64,000 nt of DNA from Candidatus Kaiserbacteria bacterium (lineage in GTDB: Bacteria; Patescibacteriota; Minisyncoccia; Phycocordibacterales; UBA2100). A program made the position numbers and the translations under genes. The notes under the pieces are model-generated. The model was not told where the DNA came from, did no database searches, and was given only the letters and a program-made list of their open reading frames with translations. Positions within the stretch are counted from its first letter, which is position 1. Each line of letters opens with the position of its first letter. Below, piece after piece: positions 40,026 to 50,192 of the stretch. The DNA lies in assembly GCA_016217965.1 (NCBI GenBank), contig JACRFI010000020.1, positions 11,550 to 75,549 of the forward strand, written 5' to 3'.

Positions 40026-40409
40026 ATGCGCACATACATCATGGCGGGAGGCGTTGCCGCGGCAGTCATACTTGCGGTTGTGGCGTTCATTATGTTTGCG
40101 CCGCAGAAATCGACTGATGCAAAGGAAGCCAAGGTACGGGCGACATTCTCGGCGGATGGCGTGATCACAAAAGACAAGCCGGACCTAAGGAAAGGTGGAT
40201 GGTATTTTGACTACGAGAAAGACGGGCAAATGGTCACAGCCCCGATACTTTTTTCTGAAATAAGTGTGTGTGCGTGGCTGGATTCAAGCGGAAAGTGCAA
40301 GCCATCCACATTTATTAAAGGAAGAAAAGCTCACATCGAGGGAATGGATCTTGGGGAAGGCGCAATCGGTGTCGTGAGGCTGACGTGGTCCGAGGCGCCG
40401 AATAGATAG
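40026..40409 (+). CDS. hypothetical membrane-anchored protein
   Basis: N-terminal TM. Confidence 0.45.
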   Translation: MRTYIMAGGVAAAVILAVVAFIMFAPQKSTDAKEAKVRATFSADGVITKDKPDLRKGGWYFDYEKDGQMVTAPILFSEISVCAWLDSSGKCKPSTFIKGRKAHIEGMDLGEGAIGVVRLTWSEAPNR

Positions 40410-40442
40410 TGCTATAGTGAGGCTTCCGCGGTTTGCGGCGCT

Positions 40443-40943
40443 ATGCAGAGCACTAGATCAAACGTTTCGTACTTTAGGAATTTTATTTTTGGCGTCGAAG
40501 ACAGTCTCGTCTCGACTGTTGGGCTTCTCTCAGGCATCGCAATAGCGGGTGTCGCGAGGGATGCGCTTCTTGTAACTGGAACAGTGCTCATCTGTGTTGA
40601 AGCGATCTCGATGGCGGCAGGCAGCTTTCTTTCCGAATCATCTGCGGAAACATGGGAGGAGCATTCGGATAAGATCTCATGGGAGCCATATGTCGCATCG
40701 TTCGTGATGTTCGCATCCTATTTTGTGTCCGGATTCATTCCGCTCTTTCCCTACATCGTGTTTGAGGAAAGTTTCGCATTCTGGACCTCGATTGGCGCGT
40801 CGCTTGGAGCGCTTGTTGTCCTTGGATTTTCCGGTGGCAGGATATCGAGAACGAGCGTATCAAAAAGTATTCTTCGCATGTTGGTCGTGGGTGGTGCGGC
40901 TATCGCCGTCGGCGTAGCTGTCGGGCGAGTATTTGGCCTCTAA
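40443..40943 (+). CDS. VIT1/CCC1-family (DUF125) putative Fe/Mn transporter
   Basis: GVEDSLVSTVGLLSGIAIAG motif, multi-TM. Confidence 0.6.
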   Translation: MQSTRSNVSYFRNFIFGVEDSLVSTVGLLSGIAIAGVARDALLVTGTVLICVEAISMAAGSFLSESSAETWEEHSDKISWEPYVASFVMFASYFVSGFIPLFPYIVFEESFAFWTSIGASLGALVVLGFSGGRISRTSVSKSILRMLVVGGAAIAVGVAVGRVFGL

Positions 40944-40946
40944 AGT

Positions 40947-41684
40947 ATGCCCGTTCTCGACGTGCGAGATCTTCGCAAGACGTATCGTGATATTGTCGGC
41001 GTCGATAGCATCTCATTCAGTGTTGGGAGAGGAGAGGTTGTGGGACTTCTCGGCCCGAACGGGGCGGGAAAGACTTCAACGATAAGCATGATACTTGGCA
41101 TCCTGGAACCAAGTGGTGGGTCTGTTTCTATAAGTGGCATAGATCTTGCAAAGGACAGAAGCGCAGCTCTCTCGCGCACAAATTTCGCTGCCGTTTACGC
41201 GCAATTGCCGGGCAATCTCTCTGTATATCAAAATTTAAAATTCTTCGGTCTTCTGTACGGCGTGCCTGAGTTAGAAACAAGAATAGGAGAGGTGCTGCAA
41301 AAATTCCAACTTGAAGCATTCAGGAACACCAAAGCCGGCTTGCTCTCATCCGGCGAACAAACGAGAGTGGGCCTTGCGAAGGCGATGTTGAATAAGCCAT
41401 CCCTCCTCTTGCTCGATGAGCCGACCGCGTCGCTTGACCCATCTGGCGCAAAAACGACACGTGAATCAATTACTGAATATGCTGAAGGAGGGAATGGGGG
41501 AGTGTTGTGGACGTCGCATAACATGCAAGAGGTGGAAGCCGTGTGCGATAGAGTGCTTTTTCTTTCCCATGGGAAAATATTGTTGGAGGGCGATCCGCGG
41601 ACTCTGCCTGGTGATCATGGGAAAAAAGACTTGGAAGAATTATTCATCGCAGTCGCGCGCGAGCCTCTTTCCCTCGACATATGA
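40947..41684 (+). CDS. ABC transporter ATP-binding protein
   Basis: Walker A GPNGAGKTS, LSSGEQ signature, LLLDEP Walker B. Confidence 0.9.
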   Translation: MPVLDVRDLRKTYRDIVGVDSISFSVGRGEVVGLLGPNGAGKTSTISMILGILEPSGGSVSISGIDLAKDRSAALSRTNFAAVYAQLPGNLSVYQNLKFFGLLYGVPELETRIGEVLQKFQLEAFRNTKAGLLSSGEQTRVGLAKAMLNKPSLLLLDEPTASLDPSGAKTTRESITEYAEGGNGGVLWTSHNMQEVEAVCDRVLFLSHGKILLEGDPRTLPGDHGKKDLEELFIAVAREPLSLDI

Positions 41685-42493
41685 TCGCCATGAGGTCTAT
41701 AAAGCGCATCTATGCCATATTCCTTCGCCAGATGTTCCTTTTTCGGAGCAGTCCCACACGGTACGTGCAGCTCTTTGTGTGGATCACTGTCGATATCGTC
41801 CTGTGGGGATTCATCACAAAATATTTCAATGAATCGGTTGGAGCGGAGTTTAGTTTCGTGTCGACGCTACTCGGGGCTGTCATCTTGTGGGACATACTGA
41901 GCCGCGCCCATCAAGGGACAGCAATGCCTTTTTTGGAAGATGTGTGGTCGCGGAATTTCCTGAACATATTCTCAACCCCAATACGGCTGCATGAATATCT
42001 CATCGGCTTTATTGCGACAAGTCTCGCAACGACCTGTATCGTTATTGTTGCTATCTCACTCTTCGCGATCACTGTTTTTGGCTACTCGCTATTCTCGCTC
42101 GGCGTGGCGCTCATCCCGTTTCTAATTATCTTGTTTTTGTTTGGCGCAGCGCTCGGGATCCTTGGCATCGGGCTCATTTTGCGCTTCGGGCCACCCGCAG
42201 AATGGTTCATGTGGCCTCTTGCGGCGGTCCTCAGTCCGTTTGCGGGCGTCTTCTACCCAATATCGACTCTGCCAGGGTGGATGCAGGCGGTTTCCTGGGC
42301 ACTGCCCCCAGCGTATGTGTTCGAAGGAATGCGCTCGTTAGTCTTATCAAATGAAATTGACTGGCGCGTCATTCTTGAAGGATTCGGGCTTTCTTGTTTG
42401 TATCTTCTTCTCATGTATATGTTCTTTGCGCAGATGTATAGGATAGCGGTTCGGAGTGGCCTTATCGCGAGGTACAGCGCGGAGGGACCATAA
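41681..42493 (+). CDS. ABC-2-type transporter permease
   Basis: six predicted TM segments; 4-bp overlap with ATPase gene. Confidence 0.75.
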   Translation: MIAMRSIKRIYAIFLRQMFLFRSSPTRYVQLFVWITVDIVLWGFITKYFNESVGAEFSFVSTLLGAVILWDILSRAHQGTAMPFLEDVWSRNFLNIFSTPIRLHEYLIGFIATSLATTCIVIVAISLFAITVFGYSLFSLGVALIPFLIILFLFGAALGILGIGLILRFGPPAEWFMWPLAAVLSPFAGVFYPISTLPGWMQAVSWALPPAYVFEGMRSLVLSNEIDWRVILEGFGLSCLYLLLMYMFFAQMYRIAVRSGLIARYSAEGP

Positions 42494-42568
42494 CGGGTTA
42501 TTGGGGAAGCAATAATGCTACAATACCCACTCCAGTGTCGGTAAGATAGAAGTATGTTCCTCGTCTAG

Positions 42569-43780
42569 ATGAGTATGAACAAACTCGCATTAAAGAGCGC
42601 GGCGCCTGTATTTGCGCTGTTTTTCGCACTGGCCCTCTTTTCTCCCTTCTTAGCTTCTGCCGCAGTGATATCGAAGCCATTCGAGATATCGGGATGGATA
42701 CCATATTGGAGAACCGCGACGGGAACCGTTGATGCACTCGCGCATCTCGATACGTTTACGGAAATTAATCCGTTCGTCTACACTGTAACTGACGAGGGGC
42801 GGGTGTACGACGCGGGGAATGTCATCCTTGACCCATCGTGGCTGCAACTCAAGACTGAGGCGAAAGCAAAGAATGTGCGATTTATTCCAACAGTGATGTG
42901 GTCAAATGCGGATGCAATGCATACGGTTCTAAAAGACACCGCGATGCGCCAACTTCTTGTGCGGCAGATAGTGGACGAAGTGATGACGCACGATTTTGAC
43001 GGTATTGATATTGATTTTGAAGGGAAGCGATACGAAACCGGCCCGTACTTCTCTAAATTCTTGCAAGAGCTATACAAAGCGATGGGAAACAAGTGGGTGC
43101 AGTGCACTATTGAATCGCGTACGCCGCTTGGAGATAGATACTTTGGTACCGAGCGGCCCGCTGATGCTGGGCAATACGCAAATGATTTCGCGGTCATCAA
43201 CAAAAACTGCGACCGCATTCGGTTCATGACGTACGACCAGCAGAATGTCGACCAGAAACGTGAGGCTGAATTGACGGAGCCATATGGCCCAGTTTCTGAC
43301 ACTGTGTGGGTGGAGAAGGCGATACGAGAGGCGATGAAAACGCTTCCTGCACGCAAGATAGTGCTCGGCATTCCAACATATGGATATGAGTGGGACGTGC
43401 GTACGTACGCGAACAGTGAGCATGTGTACGACCTTCTCTGGACCTTCAATCCGAAATACGGATGGGACATCGCGAGTGAGTACAACATCACACCGGGACG
43501 GAACGCTGGCGGAGAACTCGGCTTTACCTATTTTCCTAAAAACGGTGTCTTGAATTTGCCGCGTCCGGAAATCCCATGGCCTTTCAATCTCGTTGCATCC
43601 GCCGCTGCTATGTTATCGACTGCTCAGAACACGAATCTTTCATACCGCATGGTGACGTGGAGCGACGGGCAAGCGATCAAGGATAAAGTAGATCTTGCCA
43701 AGCGATTAGGTATCCGCGGTGTCGCGGTGTTTAAGATCGATGGCGGGGAAGACCCGGCGATGTGGGAGTATTTAAAATAA
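42569..43780 (+). CDS. secreted glycoside hydrolase family 18 protein
   Basis: Signal peptide; FDGIDIDFE catalytic motif (DxDxE). Confidence 0.75.
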   Translation: MSMNKLALKSAAPVFALFFALALFSPFLASAAVISKPFEISGWIPYWRTATGTVDALAHLDTFTEINPFVYTVTDEGRVYDAGNVILDPSWLQLKTEAKAKNVRFIPTVMWSNADAMHTVLKDTAMRQLLVRQIVDEVMTHDFDGIDIDFEGKRYETGPYFSKFLQELYKAMGNKWVQCTIESRTPLGDRYFGTERPADAGQYANDFAVINKNCDRIRFMTYDQQNVDQKREAELTEPYGPVSDTVWVEKAIREAMKTLPARKIVLGIPTYGYEWDVRTYANSEHVYDLLWTFNPKYGWDIASEYNITPGRNAGGELGFTYFPKNGVLNLPRPEIPWPFNLVASAAAMLSTAQNTNLSYRMVTWSDGQAIKDKVDLAKRLGIRGVAVFKIDGGEDPAMWEYLK

Positions 43781-43795
43781 CTTAAGCGAGAGCGG

Positions 43796-43897
43796 ACTAG
43801 TGTTTAAAGCCGTCTTCGCAGGCGCGACGGCGCCGAGACCGAGCGCTGCGCCAGCAGGCGCAGATAGCGACGGCTGAAAACACTAGTCAAACGAGCG
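43796..43897. repeat. GC-rich palindromic intergenic repeat, copy B (flanked by 19-nt inverted arms)
   Basis: ACTAGTGTTTAAAGCCGTC...GACGGCTGAAAACACTAGT; interior homologous to 16097..16194. Confidence 0.7.
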
Positions 43898-43920
43898 CCC
43901 ATTTGATAGGGTACTTGCCT

Positions 43921-46386
43921 ATGGCGAAAATTCGTGTCCTAAAATTTGGAGGGACTTCTGTTGGCTCGCCGGAGGCGATACGGCAGATACTAAAAATAGT
44001 CAAAAAGAAAGAGCGAGGAACGCGCATCGCAGCCGTCGTTGTATCTGCATTTTCAGGCGTTACGGATGAACTTATCCGGATAGGCACGCTTGCAGCAGCA
44101 CATGACAACTCGTACAAGCGCGCTCTTCTCGACTTGAAGAATAGGCACATCCGAGCCGTGACCGAGCTTATGAGCCGCGGGAACCAAAAGGCTTCAATAA
44201 AAACTGTCGAAGAACTTTTTGGATTTCTTGATAGTGTCATCCACGGCGTCTCGCTCATTCACGAGCTCTCGCCAGGCGCCCTCGATTACATTATGAGCTA
44301 CGGCGAGCGTTTGTCGGCCCACATTGTCGCCGACGTCTTGAACGATAAAGGAGTTAGCGCCGAATATCTCAACGCTCGCAAAATTATTGTTACCGATGAT
44401 ACATTCGGCTCCGCGTCAGTCGATTTCAAAGCGACGAACAGAGCCGTCCGTGCGCGTTTCAAGGAGCGAAAGAAGTTGCAGGTGGTGACGGGCTTCATTG
44501 GCTCCACTGTCGATGGAAAAACCACGACGCTTGGGCGAGGAGGTAGTGATTACACCGCATCCATCGTGGGCGCAGCGTTGAATGCGGCCGTTATAGAAAT
44601 CTGGACTGACGTCTCGGGCGTCATGACGGCTGATCCGCGAAAAGTGAAAGAGGCATTCCCAGTCAAAGCGATGACATACGAAGAGGCTGCGGAAATATCT
44701 TTCTTTGGCGCGAAAGTGATTCATCCGCCGACGATGCAGCCAGCGCAAGAAAAGGATATACCGCTTCTTATAAAGAACACATTTGAGCCGGACGCGCCGG
44801 GAACGATAGTCCACAGCAATGTCCTGCCGAGCGAAACATTCGCAAAAGGCATTACATCTATCGGTGACATTGCGATGCTCCGCGTGGAGGGAAGCGGCAT
44901 GGCGAAAATACGGGATGCGGCGTCGCGCCTTTTCTCCGCAACTGCTCGGGCATCAATAAATGTGATACTTATCACGCAAGCGTCGTCACAGTATTCCATC
45001 ACGCTTGCAGTCGCGGGAAAAGATGCGGACTCGGCACAAAGGGCGATAAATGAAGAATTTAAACTGGAGCGAAGGGCGAATCGTATCGATGATGTCGTTG
45101 TCGAGAAAGGACTTGCCATCATTGCGGTTGTCGGCGAAGGGATGAAAAAGCGCCCCGGCATCGCGGGCAAACTTTTCCGTACGCTAGGGACGAACGGCAT
45201 CAATATTGTCGCGCTCGCGCAAGGTTCTTCGGAATTGAATATTTCCCTGATGATCAAGGCGGCTGACACAGTGAAAGCGCTGAATGCCATCCACGCGTCG
45301 TTCTTTTTCCCGAAACAGCGGGAGATACATGTCTTTCTCATAGGAACTGGGCTTATTGGTGGCACGCTTCTGCGGCAGATCGGAGAGCAGTATGAATTTC
45401 TCGCAAAAGAGCGGGGAGTACGCGTGCGGGTCATCGGTGCCGCAGACCAAGGTCACATGTGGATGGAAGAGAGTGGCATGCCGCTTGGTTCCTGGAAGAG
45501 CACGCTTTCTGGATCGCGGGCAAAAACAAACGTCCCTTCTTTCATTGAAAAAATGAAGAAAATGGAATTGCCAAACAAGGTCTTCGTCGATTGCACCGCA
45601 AGCGGCGAGATAGCATCACTATATGGGGACCTCCTTAACTCCGGTATTTGGATTGTTACGCCTAACAAGCGGGCGAACTCGGGCCCGTATGAGTATTACG
45701 CGAAGTTGCAGCAGTACGCGTCATTTCCGGGTGTCCAATTTTTCTACGAAACAAACGTGGGCGCAGGACTGCCGGTCATCAATACGCTTAACGACCTTCG
45801 CGATTCAGGAGACAGGATAGTACGGGTCGAGGCCGTGCTTTCCGGGACCCTTAGCTACATTTTCAACACATTCACGAAGGGAAAGCGCTTTAGCGATGTT
45901 GTGCGGGAGGCAAAGCGCCTTGGGCTCACGGAGCCGGACCCTCGCAATGACCTTTCAGGTGAAGATGTTGCGCGAAAAATACTTATTCTTGCGCGCGAAG
46001 TGGGGCACACGCTGGAACTTGCGGGTGTGAAACTACAAGGGCTCTTGCCGCCAAAATTTACATCAGCGAATACACCGGAGAAATTCTTTGCGCTATTGGA
46101 GAAAGAAGACAAGGCGTTTGAGAAAATGCGAGCAACTGCAGATCGGCAAGGAAAGCGCCTTAGGTACATTGCGCGGCTTGAAAAAGGAAAAGTTAGCGCC
46201 GCCCTCGAAGCTGTTCCAAGTTCGCATCCATTCTATGATCTCCGCGGAAGTGATAACATAGTGGCATTCACGACCGAGCGATACAAAGATACACCGCTTG
46301 TTGTGAAAGGCCCTGGGGCAGGTGCGGAAGTGACGGCGGGGGGAGTTTTGGCGGACATATTGAGGATAGGGATGACCATACTCTAA
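43921..46386 (+). CDS. bifunctional aspartokinase / homoserine dehydrogenase
   Basis: MAKIRVLKFGGTSVGS AK N-terminus; ACT region; C-terminal HSD (GAGLPVINTL...). Confidence 0.85.
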   Translation: MAKIRVLKFGGTSVGSPEAIRQILKIVKKKERGTRIAAVVVSAFSGVTDELIRIGTLAAAHDNSYKRALLDLKNRHIRAVTELMSRGNQKASIKTVEELFGFLDSVIHGVSLIHELSPGALDYIMSYGERLSAHIVADVLNDKGVSAEYLNARKIIVTDDTFGSASVDFKATNRAVRARFKERKKLQVVTGFIGSTVDGKTTTLGRGGSDYTASIVGAALNAAVIEIWTDVSGVMTADPRKVKEAFPVKAMTYEEAAEISFFGAKVIHPPTMQPAQEKDIPLLIKNTFEPDAPGTIVHSNVLPSETFAKGITSIGDIAMLRVEGSGMAKIRDAASRLFSATARASINVILITQASSQYSITLAVAGKDADSAQRAINEEFKLERRANRIDDVVVEKGLAIIAVVGEGMKKRPGIAGKLFRTLGTNGINIVALAQGSSELNISLMIKAADTVKALNAIHASFFFPKQREIHVFLIGTGLIGGTLLRQIGEQYEFLAKERGVRVRVIGAADQGHMWMEESGMPLGSWKSTLSGSRAKTNVPSFIEKMKKMELPNKVFVDCTASGEIASLYGDLLNSGIWIVTPNKRANSGPYEYYAKLQQYASFPGVQFFYETNVGAGLPVINTLNDLRDSGDRIVRVEAVLSGTLSYIFNTFTKGKRFSDVVREAKRLGLTEPDPRNDLSGEDVARKILILAREVGHTLELAGVKLQGLLPPKFTSANTPEKFFALLEKEDKAFEKMRATADRQGKRLRYIARLEKGKVSAALEAVPSSHPFYDLRGSDNIVAFTTERYKDTPLVVKGPGAGAEVTAGGVLADILRIGMTIL

Positions 46387-46528
46387 AGAGAATTTTCAAT
46401 TTGCAATTTTAAATTTCCAATGAATTTTCAATGCACCAATGTTTGAAAATTAACCCATTGAGACATTGATTGAAAATTGGAAATTAATCATTGAAAATTG
46501 CGTCGCACATATTCCAGCTTTTTAGAAA
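46387..46528. promoter_or_regulatory. AT-rich intergenic with five copies of AATTTTCAAT motif in both orientations
   Basis: gaATTTTCAATttg, gaATTTTCAATgca, tTTGAAAATTaa, ATTGAAAATTgg, ATTGAAAATTgcg. Confidence 0.5.
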
Positions 46529-46549
46529 ATGCGCACATTAGTTACAGAT

Positions 46550-47647
46550 ATGAGCAAAAAAATACAGGTAGGAATATTGGGGGCGACGGGGATGGTAGGA
46601 CAGCAATACATCCACCTCCTCGAGAATCATCCGTGGTTCGAGGTTGCGTATGTTGCAGCTTCGCCAGCGTCCGCTGGGAAAAAGTATAAAGATGCACTTC
46701 GAAGCGGGTGGATCGTTGCGGGAAATATGCCCGCATCTGTGGCGGAACTTGTCGTTGAAGATGTTGCGAGCGTTGAAAAGGCGGCGAAAAAATGCGCGCT
46801 CGTCTTTTCCGCATTTGAGATGCCAGACAAAGATGAGATACGTCGAACCGAGAACGAATATGCCGCCGCCGGCATGCCCGTATTTTCAAATGCATCAGCG
46901 CATAGGCATACAGAGAATGTGCCGATGCTTATCCCAGAAATAAATGCTCATCATCTTGATATCGTTCCATCGCAACGGAAAGCAAATGGCTGGGAAAAAG
47001 GGTTTATAGTAGTGAAGCCAAACTGCTCCCTCCAAAGCTATCTTGCGCCGATATTCGCGCTGCATCAGGCTGGGTTTCCTATCTCGGATGTACTCGTGAC
47101 CACACTGCAAGCGGTTTCCGGTGCCGGATATCCGGGCGTCTCGTCACTGGATGTCATCGATAACGTGATACCTCTCATACCCGGAGAAGAAGAGAAAACC
47201 GAGGTAGAGCCAGTAAAAATTATGGGCGAAATAAAGAACGGAAAGTTTGTTGATTTCAAAGGCATCAATATCTCGGCGCAGTGCATGCGCGTTCCGGTTT
47301 CTGACGGGCATCTAGCGTGCGTGAGCATTAAGTTCAAAGGCAAGAAGCCGAGCATCGAAGAAGTAACAAAGGTGTGGAAGAAATTTAAAGGTGAGCCACA
47401 AACATTGGATCTCCCGTTTGCACCTGAGCAGCCCATAATGTATCGCGACGAGCCGAACCGACCGCAGCCGAGACGCGATAGGGACAATGACAAGGGCATG
47501 GCAGTCACTGTTGGGCGCCTCAGGGAGTGCAGCGTGTTCGACTACAAATTTGTAGCTCTTAGCCACAATACGGTGCGGGGTGCCGCTGGCGGGGGCATTT
47601 TGAACGCAGAACTTGCACTAAAAAAGGGTTATATACACGCAAAGTAA
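46550..47647 (+). CDS. asd: aspartate-semialdehyde dehydrogenase
   Basis: IQVGILGATGMVGQQ NAD motif; active-site C within NCSLQSYL. Confidence 0.9.
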   Translation: MSKKIQVGILGATGMVGQQYIHLLENHPWFEVAYVAASPASAGKKYKDALRSGWIVAGNMPASVAELVVEDVASVEKAAKKCALVFSAFEMPDKDEIRRTENEYAAAGMPVFSNASAHRHTENVPMLIPEINAHHLDIVPSQRKANGWEKGFIVVKPNCSLQSYLAPIFALHQAGFPISDVLVTTLQAVSGAGYPGVSSLDVIDNVIPLIPGEEEKTEVEPVKIMGEIKNGKFVDFKGINISAQCMRVPVSDGHLACVSIKFKGKKPSIEEVTKVWKKFKGEPQTLDLPFAPEQPIMYRDEPNRPQPRRDRDNDKGMAVTVGRLRECSVFDYKFVALSHNTVRGAAGGGILNAELALKKGYIHAK

Positions 47648-47692
47648 AGATATGCTGAGAAAAGCGTGGGATATACTTGAATTCACCTGCGC

Positions 47693-49135
47693 ATGACCCC
47701 GGATCCATATACGAACATACCGACGATATTGGTCGCGCTTGGAGGGACGGGCGACTTGATGAGGCGGAAAGTAATACCCGCCTTTTTTTATTTATACAAA
47801 CAGGGCGCATTACCGGATAAGTTCAAGATCGTCGGGTTCTCGAGGCGCGACATGGACGATTCGCAATTCAGATCGTATGTGAAGGAAGTTATCACGGCAC
47901 ACGCTGGCGAGCTCATTTTTCCGGAGGTCATCGAATCTTTCTTAAAACTGTTCAAATTTCAACAAGGGGAATTCAATGATAGGGACAGCTATCGCGAGCT
48001 CAAGAAAACGATAGACGAATGTGATCGAGAATGGGGGATTTGTTCGAACAAGCTCTTTTATCTAGCGGTCGCGCCGGAGTTTTACAAGACGATTTTCCAA
48101 AACTTATCAGATTCAAAATTGTCTGAACCATGTTCAAAACATGAGGGTTGGACCAGGCTAATTATTGAAAAACCGTTCGGTGTGGATTTGAAAACGGCAA
48201 AAAGTATCGAGAAGCTTCTGACAAAACTTTTTAAGCGCCGGCAAATATATCGGATCGACCACTATCTTGCAAAAGAAATGCTGCAGAATATCTTGACGTT
48301 CCGCTTCGCGAACAATCTTTTTGAGCAACAGTGGAATCGTCAGTTCATCGAGAAGATTCAAATACGCGCATTAGAATCTTTGGGGGTCGAGAAACGAGGA
48401 GCATTTTATGATCCTGTTGGCGCATTTATGGACGTGGGGCAAAATCACTTTCTTCAGATGCTCTCCCTCGTCACCATGGAGCATCCGAAGAGTTTTGATC
48501 CAAAAATAATTCAAGCGACTCGCGCCGCGATTTTAAAGAAACTACAAGTTCCAAAGAAAAAAGATATACAAAAGAATACGTTCCGCGCGCAGTACGACGG
48601 GTATCGGGCAATTGAAGGCGTGAAGAGGGGTTCAAATACAGAAACGTATTTTAAGGTCCGAGCGTACCTGAATACTCCAAAATGGAAAGGAGTGCCAATT
48701 ATTCTCGAAGGCGGGAAACGCCTGGGGGATCCGTTGAAAGAGATCATTGTAACGTTCAAGCATCCAAAACCATGCTTATGTCCTCCAGATCAGGCGCATC
48801 ATAAGAACGAGGTGATCATTCGTTTTGAGCCAAAAGACGAGATATTGATCGAGTTCTGGTCAAAGAAACCTGGCTTCGCGCTGGATACGGCCCCCCACAC
48901 GTTCCACTACCTTCTTCGTGAGCCAAAGGCACATATTCCATATATAGAGGAATATGCGAAATTGCTCTTGGACTGCATAAAAGGCGATCAGACCCTATTC
49001 GTATCTACAGATGAGATAAAAGCCATGTGGCACTTCACGGACCCCATTCTTGACGCGTGGAAGAAGGATGCGGTACCGTTGCACACATATAAACCTGATA
49101 CGAAAGACATAATTGAAAAGTCCGCGCATATATGA
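47693..49135 (+). CDS. zwf: glucose-6-phosphate 1-dehydrogenase
   Basis: GGTGDLMRRK, RIDHYLAKE, EKPFG motifs. Confidence 0.95.
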   Translation: MTPDPYTNIPTILVALGGTGDLMRRKVIPAFFYLYKQGALPDKFKIVGFSRRDMDDSQFRSYVKEVITAHAGELIFPEVIESFLKLFKFQQGEFNDRDSYRELKKTIDECDREWGICSNKLFYLAVAPEFYKTIFQNLSDSKLSEPCSKHEGWTRLIIEKPFGVDLKTAKSIEKLLTKLFKRRQIYRIDHYLAKEMLQNILTFRFANNLFEQQWNRQFIEKIQIRALESLGVEKRGAFYDPVGAFMDVGQNHFLQMLSLVTMEHPKSFDPKIIQATRAAILKKLQVPKKKDIQKNTFRAQYDGYRAIEGVKRGSNTETYFKVRAYLNTPKWKGVPIILEGGKRLGDPLKEIIVTFKHPKPCLCPPDQAHHKNEVIIRFEPKDEILIEFWSKKPGFALDTAPHTFHYLLREPKAHIPYIEEYAKLLLDCIKGDQTLFVSTDEIKAMWHFTDPILDAWKKDAVPLHTYKPDTKDIIEKSAHI

Positions 49136-50046
49136 AAAAAGAAATCGGTATCATAGGCCTCGGAAAGATGGGAGCGAATATGGCGAGGCAACTCGTGGAG
49201 AAGGGTTGGAGTGTGTACGGAATGGATGCGTCGCAGGAAACGACGAATAAACTTGAGAAAGAAGGCGTGAAAGGCGCGTATTCGGCGGAGGAGCTGGTAT
49301 CGAAATTATCTGCGCCGAGAGTTGTGTGGCTCATGGTGCCGGCTGGGAAGCCTGAAGACGAGTTATTGTTTGGAAAAAACGGGCTTACCAAGCTGCTCTC
49401 GAAAGGCGATGTGATAATCGACGGCGGGAATTCGTATTTCAAAGACTCAATGGCGCGCGCAAAGAAAGTCTCAAAACATGGCATTACATTTCTGGATGTC
49501 GGATTTTCCGGTGGCCCCGGCGGAGCAAGGCACGGCGGCTGCCTTATGATCGGTGGAGACAGGGCGACCTTTAAAAAACTCGAACCGCTTTTTAAAGACC
49601 TTGCGAGAAAGGACGGCTATCAATTCTTTCCGGGTGTTGGTGCCGGGCATTTTGTGAAAATGGTACACAACGGCATCGAGTACGGAATGATGCAGTCCCT
49701 TGCAGAAGGTTTTGCGATGATGAAAAAGTCTCCGTTCAAACTCGACCTAACTCGCGTCGCAGATATTTATAATCACGGAAGTGTGGTCGAGTCGAGGCTT
49801 GTGGGGTGGCTGAAAGATGCGTTCGAAGCGTATGGTGAGAATCTTTCGGCTGTCTCAGGATCAGTGGGTCATACAGGAGAAGGGAAGTGGACCGCTGAAA
49901 CTGCCCGCGCAATGGGTATTCCCGTAAAGATAATCGAGGACTCATTTAAATTTCGTGTCAGGTCGGCAAAAAAGCCTAGCTATACGGGAAAAGTAGTTTC
50001 TGCCCTGCGAGGGCAATTTGGTGGACATTCGATTAAAAAGAAGTAA
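49132..50046 (+). CDS. gnd: 6-phosphogluconate dehydrogenase (decarboxylating), short form
   Basis: IGIIGLGKMGANMARQL, about 300 aa. Confidence 0.85.
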   Translation: MKKEIGIIGLGKMGANMARQLVEKGWSVYGMDASQETTNKLEKEGVKGAYSAEELVSKLSAPRVVWLMVPAGKPEDELLFGKNGLTKLLSKGDVIIDGGNSYFKDSMARAKKVSKHGITFLDVGFSGGPGGARHGGCLMIGGDRATFKKLEPLFKDLARKDGYQFFPGVGAGHFVKMVHNGIEYGMMQSLAEGFAMMKKSPFKLDLTRVADIYNHGSVVESRLVGWLKDAFEAYGENLSAVSGSVGHTGEGKWTAETARAMGIPVKIIEDSFKFRVRSAKKPSYTGKVVSALRGQFGGHSIKKK

Positions 50047-50192
50047 TCATATTGCCTATGCTCGGTAGTAGAATTTCGGCTTGTCTTGTCTAGATTGATC
50101 AACCAGATTAACCTTACATTCATATGAAAGCATTTTACGTTCTTACGACCGCGACTCGCGCTTCGCGCCAGCCGAAATTTCACTAACCGGGT

